From Nitrospirales bacterium (GTDB lineage: Bacteria; Nitrospirota; Nitrospiria; Nitrospirales; UBA8639), in assembly GCA_963422365.1 (NCBI GenBank), contig OY729426.1:1824001-1888000 (forward strand): a stretch of DNA of 64,000 nt. The letters are read 5' to 3'. Within the stretch, counting starts at the first letter, position 1. Every line of letters begins with the position of its first letter. A program made the position numbers and the translations under genes. This document shows positions 1-11,165 of this stretch, piece after piece. Below the pieces are notes generated by a model, which saw only the letters and a program-made list of their open reading frames with translations, was not told the origin of the DNA and made no database searches.

Positions 1-2691
1 AGTCAAGAAGATTTTGTGCCCGTGATCGGGGTTACCAAAGAAAAAGGGAGTTGTCTCGAAGGCCCTTCCTGTCCGTACACGCATAACGACCTTGCCAATG
101 GGTTGTGTTACCACTATGTGGTCACCGTCGTGACTGCCGATGGGGAAAGTCGTGAATCGGAAGAAGTCATGTCGATCCCTTCGCCGTATTTGCCCGTGAT
201 GGTGGTTGGACAAGAAGGTGTCGATGATGGGGAATTTCGTTCTCCTACCGGTATTGCCCTCGATAGCGACGGGAACATCTATGTCGCGGATACCGATAAT
301 CATGCCATTCAACAGTTTGACAAGGATGGGAAATTTTCGGCTCGCTGGGGTGGAGAAGCGGATTCGGAAGAAGGCACATTTTATTATCCCAGAGGGTTAG
401 CAACTTCTCCAGAAGGGCATGTGTATGTGGCGGATAGTGGAAACAACCGCGTCCAAAAGTTTGATCCCGATGGGAACTTTTTGCATGCCTGGGGCAAGTT
501 CGGCTTTGCCTGGCGAGGTGCCGAGGCCGGACAGTTTGACGTGCCTTGGGGAGTGACCACGGATCAGCAAGGAAATCTCTACGTCTCGGACACGAGTAAC
601 GCGCGCATCCAAAAATTCCAGTCGGATGGCACCCCCTTGATGAAATGGGGAAAAGACGGGAGTTTCGATGGAGCATTTTTCTATCCGCGAGGCCTGACGG
701 TCGACTTTGCCGGCCATGTTTACATTGCCGATGAAGGCAATCATCGCATCCAAAAATTCGATTCCCGTGGAAATTTCCTGGCGAAATGGGGGAGAGAAGG
801 GAATGGGATCGGACAGTTTAAATCTCCCTGGGGCGTGGCATGCGATGCGTTAGGAAATGTGTATGTCGTGGATAGTGGGAACCACCGAATTCAAAAGTTC
901 GATTCGAACGGAACCTATCTGTGCTCTTGGGGCAACCGTGGGTTGACGGAAGCCCAGGTAAACTTTCCTTCCGGCATTGCGGTGGATAAAGAAGGGTTTG
1001 TGTATGTGGTGGATAGTGGGAATTATCGGGTCTTGAAATTTGCGCCGACAGAAGAGGAACTCGCCAGAGGCCGAGAAAAAACCGACAAGGTGGCACAGTC
1101 GGAGGATGGCCTACTTGCCACGCCGTTAGTGGGAAAACCCGGAGATACAGAAGCGATTCTCAGTTGGATGGAGGTGGCCGGCGCCGTGTCCTACAACGTA
1201 TATTTTAGTACCAGTCCTGGTGTGACCCAAGAGACGGCTACTCGAATAGAAGGGGTGACGAGTCCTTATACCCATACTGGATTGACGAATGATACGGCCT
1301 ATTATTACGTGCTCACGAGTGTTGATGAGAATGACGCCGAGAGCCCTCTTTCCGAAGAACAGGAAGTCACGCCTGTTTTGATTGACGTGGCTGCCCCACA
1401 GAATCCGGATCTTGTCCTGAATCACTGGGCGTATATGACGAATTCGTTAGATGTGGTTGCGACCATTTCAGCAAGGGACGTCGATACCGGTGTGAATGGA
1501 TATTTCATTTCTGAAAATCCCATGACTCCCAGTGCGACCTTGCCGGGATGGATTGAGGTTGAACCGGAAAATCGTTTTGGGGCGACGATTCCCTTTACGT
1601 TGTCTCCGGGTGATGGACCCAAAACGGTCTATGTCTGGTTTAAAGACGTTGGCAATAATATCTCAGTCCCGGCCAGTGCGAACATTTTACTGAATACCTC
1701 GGGGTACGTGTGTACGGCGAAATGGGGGAAACCCGGTCGTGGCGCCTCCTTGCTGCATGGTGGTGAATTTATGTCGCCGTTATATGGGCTGACCATCGAT
1801 CATCAGGGTTCCTTGTTCGTAATCGACAATGGCAATACCCGTGTCCAAAAATTCGATGGCAATGGAAATTTTATCCTGTTGTGGGGGAACTTCGGCACGG
1901 CCAATGGGAATTTTAACAACCCCACGGGAATCGCGTGCGATGGAAAAGGTGATGTGTATGTGTGTGATACCAGTAACCATCGCGTGCAGAAATTCGATGG
2001 GAAATTAGGCCACTACCTGATGAAAATCGGTAGTCGTGGGAATGGAGAAGGACAGTTTAATGCCCCATGGGATATCGCGGTTGACCGGGTGCGTGGCTAC
2101 CTGTACGTCGTCGATAGTGCCAATTTCCGTGTCCAAAAATTCGATGAAGACGGCGAGTTTGTCATGCAGTGGGGAAGTTTTGGGAATAATGATGGCCAAT
2201 TCTATTTTGCTCGGGGCGTGGCCGTCGATCAGCATGACGGAATGGTGTACGTCGTGGATATGGGGAATCATCGAATCCAAAAGTTTGATACCAGTACGAA
2301 CGTGCTCCCGCAGCTGGTCGCCAAATGGGGTGGGGGGATCGGTCCGGGCCATGCGAGTAGCGCCCAAGCCCAGGAGCCGGGCCAATTCCGTTCACCGTGG
2401 GGGATCACGGTAGATGGCGCAGGCGATGTCTATATATCGGACACCGGGAACCAGAGGATTCAAAAATTCGATCGGGATGGAAATTTCATTACCCAATGGG
2501 GTGGTTTTGGGAATGCCGACGGGCAATTCAACTTTCCCTATGGGGTCGTAGTCGATCATAAAGGGCATGTCTTCGTGGTCGATAGCGGCAATATGCGTGT
2601 GCAACATTTTATGCCGGCTGAAGATGCCGAAGAATTTCTGCGAGACGAAGAGGAAACGGTTGCAGCCCTTTCTGAAGGCGGAGAACAATAG
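1..2691 (+). CDS. NHL-repeat (two beta-propellers) and fibronectin type III domain protein, 5'-partial
   Basis: Frame is open from base 1. About 12 NHL repeats (F..P.GIA.D..G.VYV.D.GN.RIQKF) in two blocks, each preceded by an FN3-like segment (YTHxxLxNxxxYYYV). Confidence 0.9.
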   Translation, partial: SQEDFVPVIGVTKEKGSCLEGPSCPYTHNDLANGLCYHYVVTVVTADGESRESEEVMSIPSPYLPVMVVGQEGVDDGEFRSPTGIALDSDGNIYVADTDNHAIQQFDKDGKFSARWGGEADSEEGTFYYPRGLATSPEGHVYVADSGNNRVQKFDPDGNFLHAWGKFGFAWRGAEAGQFDVPWGVTTDQQGNLYVSDTSNARIQKFQSDGTPLMKWGKDGSFDGAFFYPRGLTVDFAGHVYIADEGNHRIQKFDSRGNFLAKWGREGNGIGQFKSPWGVACDALGNVYVVDSGNHRIQKFDSNGTYLCSWGNRGLTEAQVNFPSGIAVDKEGFVYVVDSGNYRVLKFAPTEEELARGREKTDKVAQSEDGLLATPLVGKPGDTEAILSWMEVAGAVSYNVYFSTSPGVTQETATRIEGVTSPYTHTGLTNDTAYYYVLTSVDENDAESPLSEEQEVTPVLIDVAAPQNPDLVLNHWAYMTNSLDVVATISARDVDTGVNGYFISENPMTPSATLPGWIEVEPENRFGATIPFTLSPGDGPKTVYVWFKDVGNNISVPASANILLNTSGYVCTAKWGKPGRGASLLHGGEFMSPLYGLTIDHQGSLFVIDNGNTRVQKFDGNGNFILLWGNFGTANGNFNNPTGIACDGKGDVYVCDTSNHRVQKFDGKLGHYLMKIGSRGNGEGQFNAPWDIAVDRVRGYLYVVDSANFRVQKFDEDGEFVMQWGSFGNNDGQFYFARGVAVDQHDGMVYVVDMGNHRIQKFDTSTNVLPQLVAKWGGGIGPGHASSAQAQEPGQFRSPWGITVDGAGDVYISDTGNQRIQKFDRDGNFITQWGGFGNADGQFNFPYGVVVDHKGHVFVVDSGNMRVQHFMPAEDAEEFLRDEEETVAALSEGGEQ

Positions 2692-2716
2692 GGGCTCAAC
2701 CTCTATGGACCGAGTC

Positions 2717-2765
2717 AGGCTTCTGTGATTGCAGGTCTGATCCATCAGGGAGCCTTTCTTTTTTA
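2717..2765 (+). terminator. Probable intrinsic terminator
   Basis: AGGCTTC...GGAGCCT arms followed by TTCTTTTTT just after the NHL gene stop; long imperfect stem. Confidence 0.4.
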
Positions 2766-2922
2766 GTTCTGGCCATTGGCCCCATCGATTTTTTGCGAAA
2801 ATCTTGCTAAGCTGTTTTCGTGTTCTCTCACCAGTCCTTGTTCATCGACAGTTTCGTGTCGTAGTTAAGCTCCTACTCTGATTCAGTCAGAGCGGGGTGT
2901 ATCGTTTCCAAGGAACACGCGT

Positions 2923-4389
2923 ATGGCACTCTGGGAAAAAACTCGAATCGGCTTGACCTTTGATGATGTGGTGTTAGTGCCCGCTAAATCAGAAGTGAGC
3001 CCTGGTGAGGTGAATTGTTCCACTCACGTCTCGCGCCGGATTACGATTCATATCCCTATTCTGAGTGCCGCCATGGATACCGTGACGGAAGGGCGTTTAG
3101 CCATTGCGTTGGCTCGGGAAGGTGGTATGGGCGTCCTCCATCGGGCCTTGTCGCCTGAAAGCCAAGCCCTTGAAGTAGACAAGGTGAAAAAATCCGAGAG
3201 TGGAATGATTCTCGATCCGATTACGATTGCGCCTAACCAAACCATTCGTGACGCTCATGAAATTATGGCGACCTACCGGATTTCCGGCATTCCGGTGACG
3301 AGCGAAAAAAAATTAGTGGGTATTCTAACCAATCGGGATCTGCGATTTGAGTCTCGTTTGGATCTGCCGGTGTCGCAAGTGATGACTCAGGGACAGCTCG
3401 TGACGGTTCCTGAGGGGACGAGCCTCGCCCAAGCCCGAGAAATTCTGCATGAGAATCGAATGGAAAAATTACTGGTTGTCAATGACGAATATGAACTCAA
3501 AGGGCTCATCACGATCAAAGACATTCAAAAACAGATTCAATACCCGAATGCCAGTAAAGATGCCCATGGTCGGCTACGAGTCGCTGCAGCCGTCGGTGTG
3601 GGGGAGGACGTGCCGGAACGTGTTGAACGATTGATCAATGCCGGTGTGGATATGATCGTCGTCGATACGGCGCATGGGCATTCCCAAAGTGTCATCGATA
3701 CTGTGAAAATGATCAAACAACACGATTCGTCGCTAGAGGTAACGGCGGGAAACATCGGGACGGCGGAGGCGGCAAAGGAACTCGTGGATGCAGGCGTTGA
3801 CGCGGTAAAGGTTGGCGTGGGGCCGGGCTCGATTTGTACGACGAGAATCGTCTCAGGAGCCGGCGTCCCCCAACTGACTGCCATCGCTGATTGTGCCGAG
3901 GCGTTGAACGGAACGGGCGTATCGATCATTGCTGATGGAGGCATTAAATATTCAGGCGATATCCCCAAAGCCTTGGCCGCTGGAGCCTCTGCCGTGATGA
4001 TTGGTTCTTTGTTCGCGGGTACTGAAGAATCGCCGGGGGAAACGGTCTTGTATCAAGGCCGTACCTATAAGGAATATCGGGGTATGGGTTCGCTTGGAGC
4101 CTTGGAACGATGGGGCCAAGACCGGTATCGACAAGAAGGGCAAGTGGCGGGAAAGCTGGTACCGGAGGGTATCGAAGGCCGTGTGCCCTATAAAGGCCCC
4201 CTGTCCAGTATGGTGTATCAATTAGTAGGTGGCCTCAAAGCTGGAATGGGATATTGCGGATGTCGGTCTATTCCTGAATTACAACAATGTGCCCAGTTTA
4301 TTCGTTTAACCCAAGCCGGATTGAAGGAAAGCCACGTTCATGACGTGGTGATCACCAAGGAGGCTCCCAACTATAGGGCTGCACGTTGA
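2923..4389 (+). CDS. guaB: IMP dehydrogenase
   Basis: LTFDDV N-terminus, CBS pair, catalytic [10 protein letters not shown]-terminal ESHVHDV..KEAPNY. Confidence 0.98.
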   Translation: MALWEKTRIGLTFDDVVLVPAKSEVSPGEVNCSTHVSRRITIHIPILSAAMDTVTEGRLAIALAREGGMGVLHRALSPESQALEVDKVKKSESGMILDPITIAPNQTIRDAHEIMATYRISGIPVTSEKKLVGILTNRDLRFESRLDLPVSQVMTQGQLVTVPEGTSLAQAREILHENRMEKLLVVNDEYELKGLITIKDIQKQIQYPNASKDAHGRLRVAAAVGVGEDVPERVERLINAGVDMIVVDTAHGHSQSVIDTVKMIKQHDSSLEVTAGNIGTAEAAKELVDAGVDAVKVGVGPGSICTTRIVSGAGVPQLTAIADCAEALNGTGVSIIADGGIKYSGDIPKALAAGASAVMIGSLFAGTEESPGETVLYQGRTYKEYRGMGSLGALERWGQDRYRQEGQVAGKLVPEGIEGRVPYKGPLSSMVYQLVGGLKAGMGYCGCRSIPELQQCAQFIRLTQAGLKESHVHDVVITKEAPNYRAAR

Positions 4390-4444
4390 ATAGCGTGAGT
4401 CCATCGTGCGCAGGATTTAGCTGCGACGAACAATGTAATGCTCC

Positions 4445-5998
4445 ATGGCGTCCTGTCACGATACGATTGTCATTCTTGATTTTGGGTCACAGTACACCCA
4501 ACTGATTGCTCGCCGGATTCGAGAATCCCACGTTCATTCCATTATCCTTCCTTCTTCGGCTTCCTTAGAAACGATTCAAGCGAATCAACCTAAAGGCATC
4601 ATTTTGTCCGGGGGGCCGGCCAGTGTGACGAGTGTCGGGCGACCGACATGGTCGAAAGAGATTATGAAAGAGGGTCTACCTATTCTCGGTATTTGCTATG
4701 GTATGCAAGTCATTGCGCAGTCTATGGGGGGGCGAGTCGGTCAAGCAAAGCGTAGAGAATTCGGTCGTGCGGAATTAATGGTTCAGGATGGATCAGATTT
4801 ATTCAAGGGGCTGGATGAGAAGAGTCCCTTTTCGGTCTGGATGTCGCATGGAGACCGGATTGAAAAGTTGCCCTCCGGCTTTACACCCATTGCACGGACG
4901 GCGAATTCTCCCATCGCGGCGATGAAATCGGTCAACAAGAAGCATCGCCTCTACTGTCTGCAATTTCACCCTGAAGTCGCCCATACCCCATACGGTGCAC
5001 AGATCCTCAAAAACTTTGTCTATCATATTTGTGAGGCGAGACCGACCTGGACGATGGTTTCATTTTTACACGATTCCATCGACCAGATTCGGCAACGAGT
5101 GGGGCAGGAGAAAGTGCTCTGTGCCCTGAGTGGGGGAGTCGATAGTACGGTGGCGGCAACCATGACCCATCGGGCAATTGGGCAACAACTCACCTGTGTT
5201 TTTATCGATAATGGGGTGATGCGAAAAAATGAAGCCAAACATCTTAAGAAGATGTTTCGGTCGTTTCACCTCAATACTTGTATGGTCGATGCCTCCGAGC
5301 AATTTTTACGAGCGCTGGGTCGAACGACCGATCCTGAAAAAAAACGCAAGATCATCGGGCGGCAATTCATTAAAGCGTTTGATCGCGAAGCGCGGAACAT
5401 TGGCAATGTCCGTTACTTGGTCCAGGGTACCCTCTATCCTGATGTCATTGAAAGTATCAGCCACAAAGGGCCTTCTGCGACGATCAAGACGCACCACAAC
5501 GTTGGTGGCCTTCCCGCACGGATGAAACTCCAATTAATCGAACCGCTTCGAGAATTGTTCAAGGATGAAGTCCGAGCGTTGGGCAAGGAACTGGGATTGC
5601 CGGACGACATAATTCATCGTCATCCTTTTCCGGGCCCCGGCTTGGCTATTCGTATTATTGGAGCGGTGACGCCTGCTCGTCTAGGCATGCTTCGTGAAGC
5701 GGATGCCATTTTTCTCGATGAATTACAGGGACAAGGGTTGTACCGGCAAACGTGGCAGGCGTTTGCCGTGTTGCTTCCGATTCGGACCGTGGGAGTGATG
5801 GGGGATCAACGGACGTATGAGTACGTCATTGGGTTACGAGCCGTGACCAGTGTGGACGGCATGACGGCTGATTTGGCGCCCTTGCCGCAATCCTTTCTGG
5901 CGCACGTGGCGAGCCGCATCATCAATGAGGTGCGGGGAGTGAATCGTGTCGTGTATGACATCAGTTCCAAACCGCCAAGTACGATTGAATGGGAATAA
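4445..5998 (+). CDS. guaA: GMP synthase (glutamine-hydrolysing)
   Basis: [27 protein letters not shown] and terminal KPPSTIEWE. Confidence 0.98.
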   Translation: MASCHDTIVILDFGSQYTQLIARRIRESHVHSIILPSSASLETIQANQPKGIILSGGPASVTSVGRPTWSKEIMKEGLPILGICYGMQVIAQSMGGRVGQAKRREFGRAELMVQDGSDLFKGLDEKSPFSVWMSHGDRIEKLPSGFTPIARTANSPIAAMKSVNKKHRLYCLQFHPEVAHTPYGAQILKNFVYHICEARPTWTMVSFLHDSIDQIRQRVGQEKVLCALSGGVDSTVAATMTHRAIGQQLTCVFIDNGVMRKNEAKHLKKMFRSFHLNTCMVDASEQFLRALGRTTDPEKKRKIIGRQFIKAFDREARNIGNVRYLVQGTLYPDVIESISHKGPSATIKTHHNVGGLPARMKLQLIEPLRELFKDEVRALGKELGLPDDIIHRHPFPGPGLAIRIIGAVTPARLGMLREADAIFLDELQGQGLYRQTWQAFAVLLPIRTVGVMGDQRTYEYVIGLRAVTSVDGMTADLAPLPQSFLAHVASRIINEVRGVNRVVYDISSKPPSTIEWE

Positions 5999-7045
5999 TT
6001 GTTTAAAAAACAATAAGTTATTATATTTTATTAATGTAATATATTAATTGGTATTTTATATTAATCTCTATGCCAAACTTCCATAATCCAAAGTTCTCTG
6101 CCACACTTTTCCTCTGAGAAACCTGACTGCTATTTTTGTTTGACTATTGCCGTGCTTCTTGGAAGTGCGGAGATGTTGCTTGGAGGGAGTAATGAAAAAA
6201 TTGGTCTTATCCTTAGTGATCGCGGTATTTGTTTCAGGATGTATACTACCTTATCTAGTAGCAAATATTTCATCTTTTTCCGAACTGCCCAATAAATTAA
6301 TAGGCAAAAAGATTCACGTTTTAGCGTACCCGTCAGAAAAGGATGACACACTCGAATGGAAGTCATACCGAAAAAATTCGAAAGTGGTTTTAAGAAGGCA
6401 GGTTTAGATATTGGGTCAATTGGATCGGCGGATTACGTCGCATTTATTTCCTATGGGATAGATAGTGGAAAAACAAAGAAAGACCTCGTAAGTACCCCGA
6501 TTTATGGTTCGACTGGCGGTGGTACGACCTCTCACTCTGGAACTTATTCTACGTATGGCGGGGGGTATGGGAGTTATAGTGGAACTAGTTATTCAATGCC
6601 GACATATGGGGTTCTAGGTACTAGTACTGTATCCGGCGAGGTTTTTACACGAAATATCGCGGTGGATATTGTTCTCCGGGAAACGCTTAAGGATAAAAAA
6701 CCAACTAAGGTCTATGAAGGGCGCTTGCGCAGTGCGGGGTCTTGCTCGTAAATGAAAGAAGTGATTGATGAAAGGGTAGAAGGATTTTTCCAGAAATTCC
6801 CTACGGGTTCCGGAAAAGTGATTATTCCCTGTATTTTTGATTGCTGAATAGAAAAGCGAACTATTTCCAATCTTTATATCGACTTCACAGAAACTTGACC
6901 GTGAATGTTTCCGTAAGAAATACAAAGAGTGTTGAGTTAGGATGCTTGGAACGATTGATTTTCCATAAAAACACCGAGTTACAAAGTAAAGATAAAACCT
7001 TTAATATCAATTGGTTATATGGTTATTTTTATTGAATGGAAATAG
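5984..7045. mobile_element. AT-rich islet bounded by a duplicated guaA 3' end (att-like direct repeats); no integrase
   Basis: ATTGAATGGGAATAA (5984-5998) vs ATTGAATGGAAATAG (7031-7045), 13/15 identical; the DNA between is visibly AT-rich relative to the flanks. Confidence 0.65.
6192..6847 (+). pseudogene. Disrupted lipoprotein, DUF4136-like
   Basis: RBS GGAGG, signal MKKLVLSLVIAVFVSGC; frameshift at the A-run near 6371-6376 joins ORF 6356-6751; in-frame TAA at 6749-6751, then the frame continues (MKEVIDE...FDC) to TGA 6847. Confidence 0.65.
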
Positions 7046-7118
7046 CACGCCTTCACCAGGGCCTTTTTCTTTCGGGAAGAGGAAACGTTGTTTATCCAGA
7101 GCTGTATCGCAGAAGGTT

Positions 7119-8063
7119 ATGAAACACACGATGGTTCGATTGCAAAAAGTCATCGCCGCCAGCGGATTGGCGTCCCGGCGTGCGGCGGAAAGCATGATTC
7201 GAGAAGGCCATGTTACAGTAAACGGCAAAGTCGTTCGTGTACTTGGAACGTGCATTGATCCGTCGAGAGACCATGTGAAGGTCGATGGTTGTCACGTGCA
7301 ATCGGCTGAGCCCGAAGTCTTTGTGCTTTTACATAAGCCACCTGGGTACGTGACGACAATGAACGATCCTTATGGCCGGCCCACGATTGTGGATTTGCTG
7401 GCGAAAGTAAAAGTGCGAGTCTTTCCAGTCGGTCGGCTCGACTATGACACCGAAGGGCTGTTACTTTTGACGAATAATGGAGAGGTGGCACAAGCATGTG
7501 TCCATCCTCGGTACCATGTACCGAAGACCTATTTAGTGAAAGTGTCGGGGGTGTGTACGGATGAGGAAATACGCAATCTGCAAGACGGGATCGTATTAGA
7601 TGACGGCATGACCGCTCCAGCCGCGATCAAAAAATCTGGAAAGGCCAAGGCCAATTCATGGCTGGAACTCACGATTCATGAAGGCAGGAAGCATCAGATC
7701 AAGCACATGATTGAAGCCTTGGGGCATCGAGTCATGCGCATCAAAAGAATTCGTTTCGGCCCGATTGCCCTGGGAGACTTGCCCGTAGGCGTTTGTCGGT
7801 TTGCAACCGATGCCGAAGCCAATGCCCTGCGGACGGTCGGTTATCGAACGACCAAGACCCGAAACGCTCATGTGCAGGCCCCACAGTCCAACTTGCGAAA
7901 TTTGCGGCCGGCTAGAGATACTGGGCCTCCGGTGCACGTGCGTACAACGAATCCTTCGGCAAAGAAGGCTCCAAGCAGCAAGGCTCGTCAGGCTTCCGGC
8001 AGTGCCCAACGGCCCAGGCGAGTCGTGAAAGGCCGGGGTCGGACCCCGACTCGAAAAGGGTGA
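7119..8063 (+). CDS. rluB: rRNA pseudouridine synthase, RsuA/RluB family
   Basis: S4 domain RLQKVIAASGLASRR, catalytic GRLDYDTEGLLLLTN; start set at ATG 7119; long basic C-terminal tail. Confidence 0.88.
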   Translation: MKHTMVRLQKVIAASGLASRRAAESMIREGHVTVNGKVVRVLGTCIDPSRDHVKVDGCHVQSAEPEVFVLLHKPPGYVTTMNDPYGRPTIVDLLAKVKVRVFPVGRLDYDTEGLLLLTNNGEVAQACVHPRYHVPKTYLVKVSGVCTDEEIRNLQDGIVLDDGMTAPAAIKKSGKAKANSWLELTIHEGRKHQIKHMIEALGHRVMRIKRIRFGPIALGDLPVGVCRFATDAEANALRTVGYRTTKTRNAHVQAPQSNLRNLRPARDTGPPVHVRTTNPSAKKAPSSKARQASGSAQRPRRVVKGRGRTPTRKG

Positions 8064-9832
8064 GAAACACGGTGAAGCGTACACGCCATTGTGGAGCATT
8101 GACACGCGCGCAAGAGGGGCAATCCGTCACGCTGATGGGCTGGGTGCATGGTCGCCGCGATCATGGCGGCGTGTTGTTTATCGATGTGCGTGATCGGTTC
8201 AGCATCACACAACTCGTGTTCGATGTGGAGAAAGATGCAAGTCTGCACGACCAGGCAAACGGGCTACGCAACGAATTTGTGATTGCCGCAACCGGAAGGG
8301 TACGGATCAGACCGAAAGCGTCGTTTAATCCCCAGTTGACGACAGGGGAAATCGAGATCGAAGTCAGCACGCTGGATGTCTTGAATCGCGCCAATACCCC
8401 GCCGTTTTTCATCGAAGACGACATTCACGCCGCGGAATCCCTTCGTTTAAAACATCGGTATTTGGATTTGCGCCGACCCTTCATGCAGCGATTACTCAAG
8501 CTGCGTCATGACGTGGCCTATCAGAGCAGACGGTTTCTCCATGAGCGGGAATTTCTTGAAATTGAAACCCCGATTCTCACGAAAAGCACGCCGGAAGGAG
8601 CGAGAGATTACCTTGTGCCAAGCCGCGTCAATCCAGGCGAATTCTTTGCCTTGCCGCAATCGCCGCAATTATTCAAACAAATTCTGATGGTCGGCGGCGC
8701 CGATCGGTATTTTCAAATCGCTCGCTGTTTCCGTGACGAAGATCTCCGGCTCGATCGGCAACCCGAGTTTACGCAAATCGACCTTGAGATGTCGTTTGTG
8801 GAACGTGACGACGTTATGAACGTGACGGAAGAGTTGCTGAGGCTCGTGTGTAAAGAAGCAGCGGGCCTTGCTTTACCGTCTCCGTTCCCGCGTTTGACCT
8901 ATCAAGAGGCCATATCGCGGTATGGGACCGATAAGCCCGATCGTCGATTTGGGTTAGAGCTTTGTGATCTGAACGAAGTCGCCAAACACGTCGAGTTTAA
9001 AGTATTTCGGGATACGGTCGAAAAAGGCGGACAAGTTTCCGGGCTCGTGGTCAAAGGCGGGGCGGACATTGCGCGAAATCGGATCGACCGTCTCATTGAC
9101 GTCGCTAAAGGGTTTGGGGCCAAAGGCCTCGCGTGGGTCAAGATTATCGAAGGGTGGCAGTTGGAGTCGGCCATTGCCAAATTTCTCAACGCCGAACTGT
9201 TTCAACGGGCGTTTCCAGATGCCGGTCCAGGGGATCTAATGCTTTTTGTCGCGGACAAGCCGGCCGTCACGTATGAGGTATTGGGCCGACTTCGATCATG
9301 CCTTGGCGTTGAATTGGAGTTGATCGATCAAGACAAGTGGGAGCCCGTGTGGGTGACCGACTTTCCCATGTTCGAATACGATTCGGCAGAACAACGGCAT
9401 GTGGTTCTGCATCATCCCTTTACGTCGCCTTGTCTGGACGATCTCCCTGACTTGGATTCCGCCCCATTACAAGTTCATGCTCAAGCCTATGATCTTGTCC
9501 TCAATGGGTTTGAAATCGGTGGGGGAAGTATTCGTATCCACCAAAGTGAGGTGCAGCGCAAGGTGTTTGACCTGCTGGGGATTTCCAAGGAAGCCGCTCA
9601 AGAAAAATTCGGGTTTTTGCTGGAAGCCCTGGAGTATGGTGCCCCTCCCCACGGGGGGATTGCTTTGGGCCTCGATCGCCTGATCATGTTGCTCGGAAAA
9701 GCCGAGTCCATTCGTGACGTCATTCCTTTCCCCAAAACGCAAAAAGCTCAATGTCTGATGACCGACGCGCCGTCCGCGGTGAGCAACGTGCAACTCAACG
9801 AACTCCACATTAAACTCGATCCGGAAATGTAA
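8060..9832 (+). CDS. aspS: Aspartate--tRNA ligase
   Basis: RTRHCG, RRDHGG, STPEGARDYLVPSR, FRDEDLR..RQPEFTQID, GAPPHGGIALGLDR. Confidence 0.98.
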   Translation: MRNTVKRTRHCGALTRAQEGQSVTLMGWVHGRRDHGGVLFIDVRDRFSITQLVFDVEKDASLHDQANGLRNEFVIAATGRVRIRPKASFNPQLTTGEIEIEVSTLDVLNRANTPPFFIEDDIHAAESLRLKHRYLDLRRPFMQRLLKLRHDVAYQSRRFLHEREFLEIETPILTKSTPEGARDYLVPSRVNPGEFFALPQSPQLFKQILMVGGADRYFQIARCFRDEDLRLDRQPEFTQIDLEMSFVERDDVMNVTEELLRLVCKEAAGLALPSPFPRLTYQEAISRYGTDKPDRRFGLELCDLNEVAKHVEFKVFRDTVEKGGQVSGLVVKGGADIARNRIDRLIDVAKGFGAKGLAWVKIIEGWQLESAIAKFLNAELFQRAFPDAGPGDLMLFVADKPAVTYEVLGRLRSCLGVELELIDQDKWEPVWVTDFPMFEYDSAEQRHVVLHHPFTSPCLDDLPDLDSAPLQVHAQAYDLVLNGFEIGGGSIRIHQSEVQRKVFDLLGISKEAAQEKFGFLLEALEYGAPPHGGIALGLDRLIMLLGKAESIRDVIPFPKTQKAQCLMTDAPSAVSNVQLNELHIKLDPEM

Positions 9833-10269
9833 TGCGTTTTCTAACCCCTGAATCCTGGCTGGATCGGGCTAGGTCACAGCAGGATGTTCGCTCGACGAGT
9901 GCCTGCTTGCCGAGATCAATGTCGGCATCAGGCAAATCGGCTCGAAGCTGTCGTGGTTCCTGGCTGCCGATACGTGCAACGCCCTTGACAGCCAGCGATC
10001 ATTCATTACTAAGCCTCCGCTTCCTCCCGTCCATCGAAAATACTCCCGCTTGGTCGCTTCAATATTTATATCATTTGGTGTCTGATCTATGAGTGTCCTG
10101 CGGAAGATCTGGCAACACCTTGATGGCGTATAACAAATTGTTAACCACGTGATCTTTTCCAACAACCGCTCGCGGAGCATCGAAAGGTTTTCATGACTTT
10201 TGAAGCGGTGTTTGAAGGTAGTCCCTGTGGACTGGTGGCAATCCGACTCTCGGTCGCAAATGGAGCACG

Positions 10270-11136
10270 TTAAACGGCGAGATCGAACGGGAGGTCGCTG
10301 ATGTCACGCAATCGATTCCCTTGAATCATGGTTTCCAACATCTCCAATTGATCTTCTCCCCTGGGAATGGTTTTGCATGCTCCTCTCAATTCGTCCAGCG
10401 CAAAGTGATAGACGCAGTCAAGGTCGCCAGTGCCGAGAGCCAGAGAGGCAATTCGCATTGGGAGAGGTTCAGCCGTGACCGCCGTGATGTGTGGTAAGTT
10501 GCCCTTGCGATTGCGGATGAGATTTAGTGCCTCTGTGCGCGTGTTTTGGGAACGGTCACTTCGAATGGTCCACTTACACGAAATACTTGCATGCAAGAAA
10601 GGAAGGGCTGTCGATTGATTGCCATCCAGAAAAGGGGTGAGAGAGGCCACGCCGGAATCATCCAGAAAGGCCTGGGACACGTTAACTTCATCTTGCGTGG
10701 CGGGGTAGCGAGCAATAACGATGTCCGGCGTCACAATGTATCCATGCCCTAGAGCCGTGGAGAGGCTTCGGTTGTCGCTGACAAGGGAGTCAAGCGTTTC
10801 CAGGTGCCGATACTGAACAAAGTTGGAAATCTGCGTCTGAGTCGTCCGGTATTGCCATCGACCGGGACGCAAGTGTCTGATAGCTGTGAATGCGTCCTCT
10901 AGAAACTCGCAGGTGAGTCGTTCGAACAGGGTGCCTGCCGTTTGTCCCGTCATGCTTGGGATTTTTCGAATGGGGAATCCAAGTGCCGTTGCGATACCAT
11001 GTGCGATACGAACGCTGGATTGACTGCTACCGTCAGCGAAATTCGGATAGGATTGCCCATCTTTCTTGGAAATTCGAACGATCTGTGAGCCAATTTTGTC
11101 GTGATAGCTTCGCCGCAATTCTGCAAGTGTCTTCAT
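10270..11136 (-). CDS. Type II restriction endonuclease, NgoMIV family
   Basis: PD motif (VTPDIV) and SCKWTIRSDRSQNTRTEALNLIRNRKG.LPHI..VTAEP segment typical of NgoMIV-family enzymes. Confidence 0.88.
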   Translation of the reverse strand: MKTLAELRRSYHDKIGSQIVRISKKDGQSYPNFADGSSQSSVRIAHGIATALGFPIRKIPSMTGQTAGTLFERLTCEFLEDAFTAIRHLRPGRWQYRTTQTQISNFVQYRHLETLDSLVSDNRSLSTALGHGYIVTPDIVIARYPATQDEVNVSQAFLDDSGVASLTPFLDGNQSTALPFLHASISCKWTIRSDRSQNTRTEALNLIRNRKGNLPHITAVTAEPLPMRIASLALGTGDLDCVYHFALDELRGACKTIPRGEDQLEMLETMIQGNRLRDISDLPFDLAV

Positions 11137-11165
11137 GTCACAAATCGAGAAGTAAGTGGCTATGA

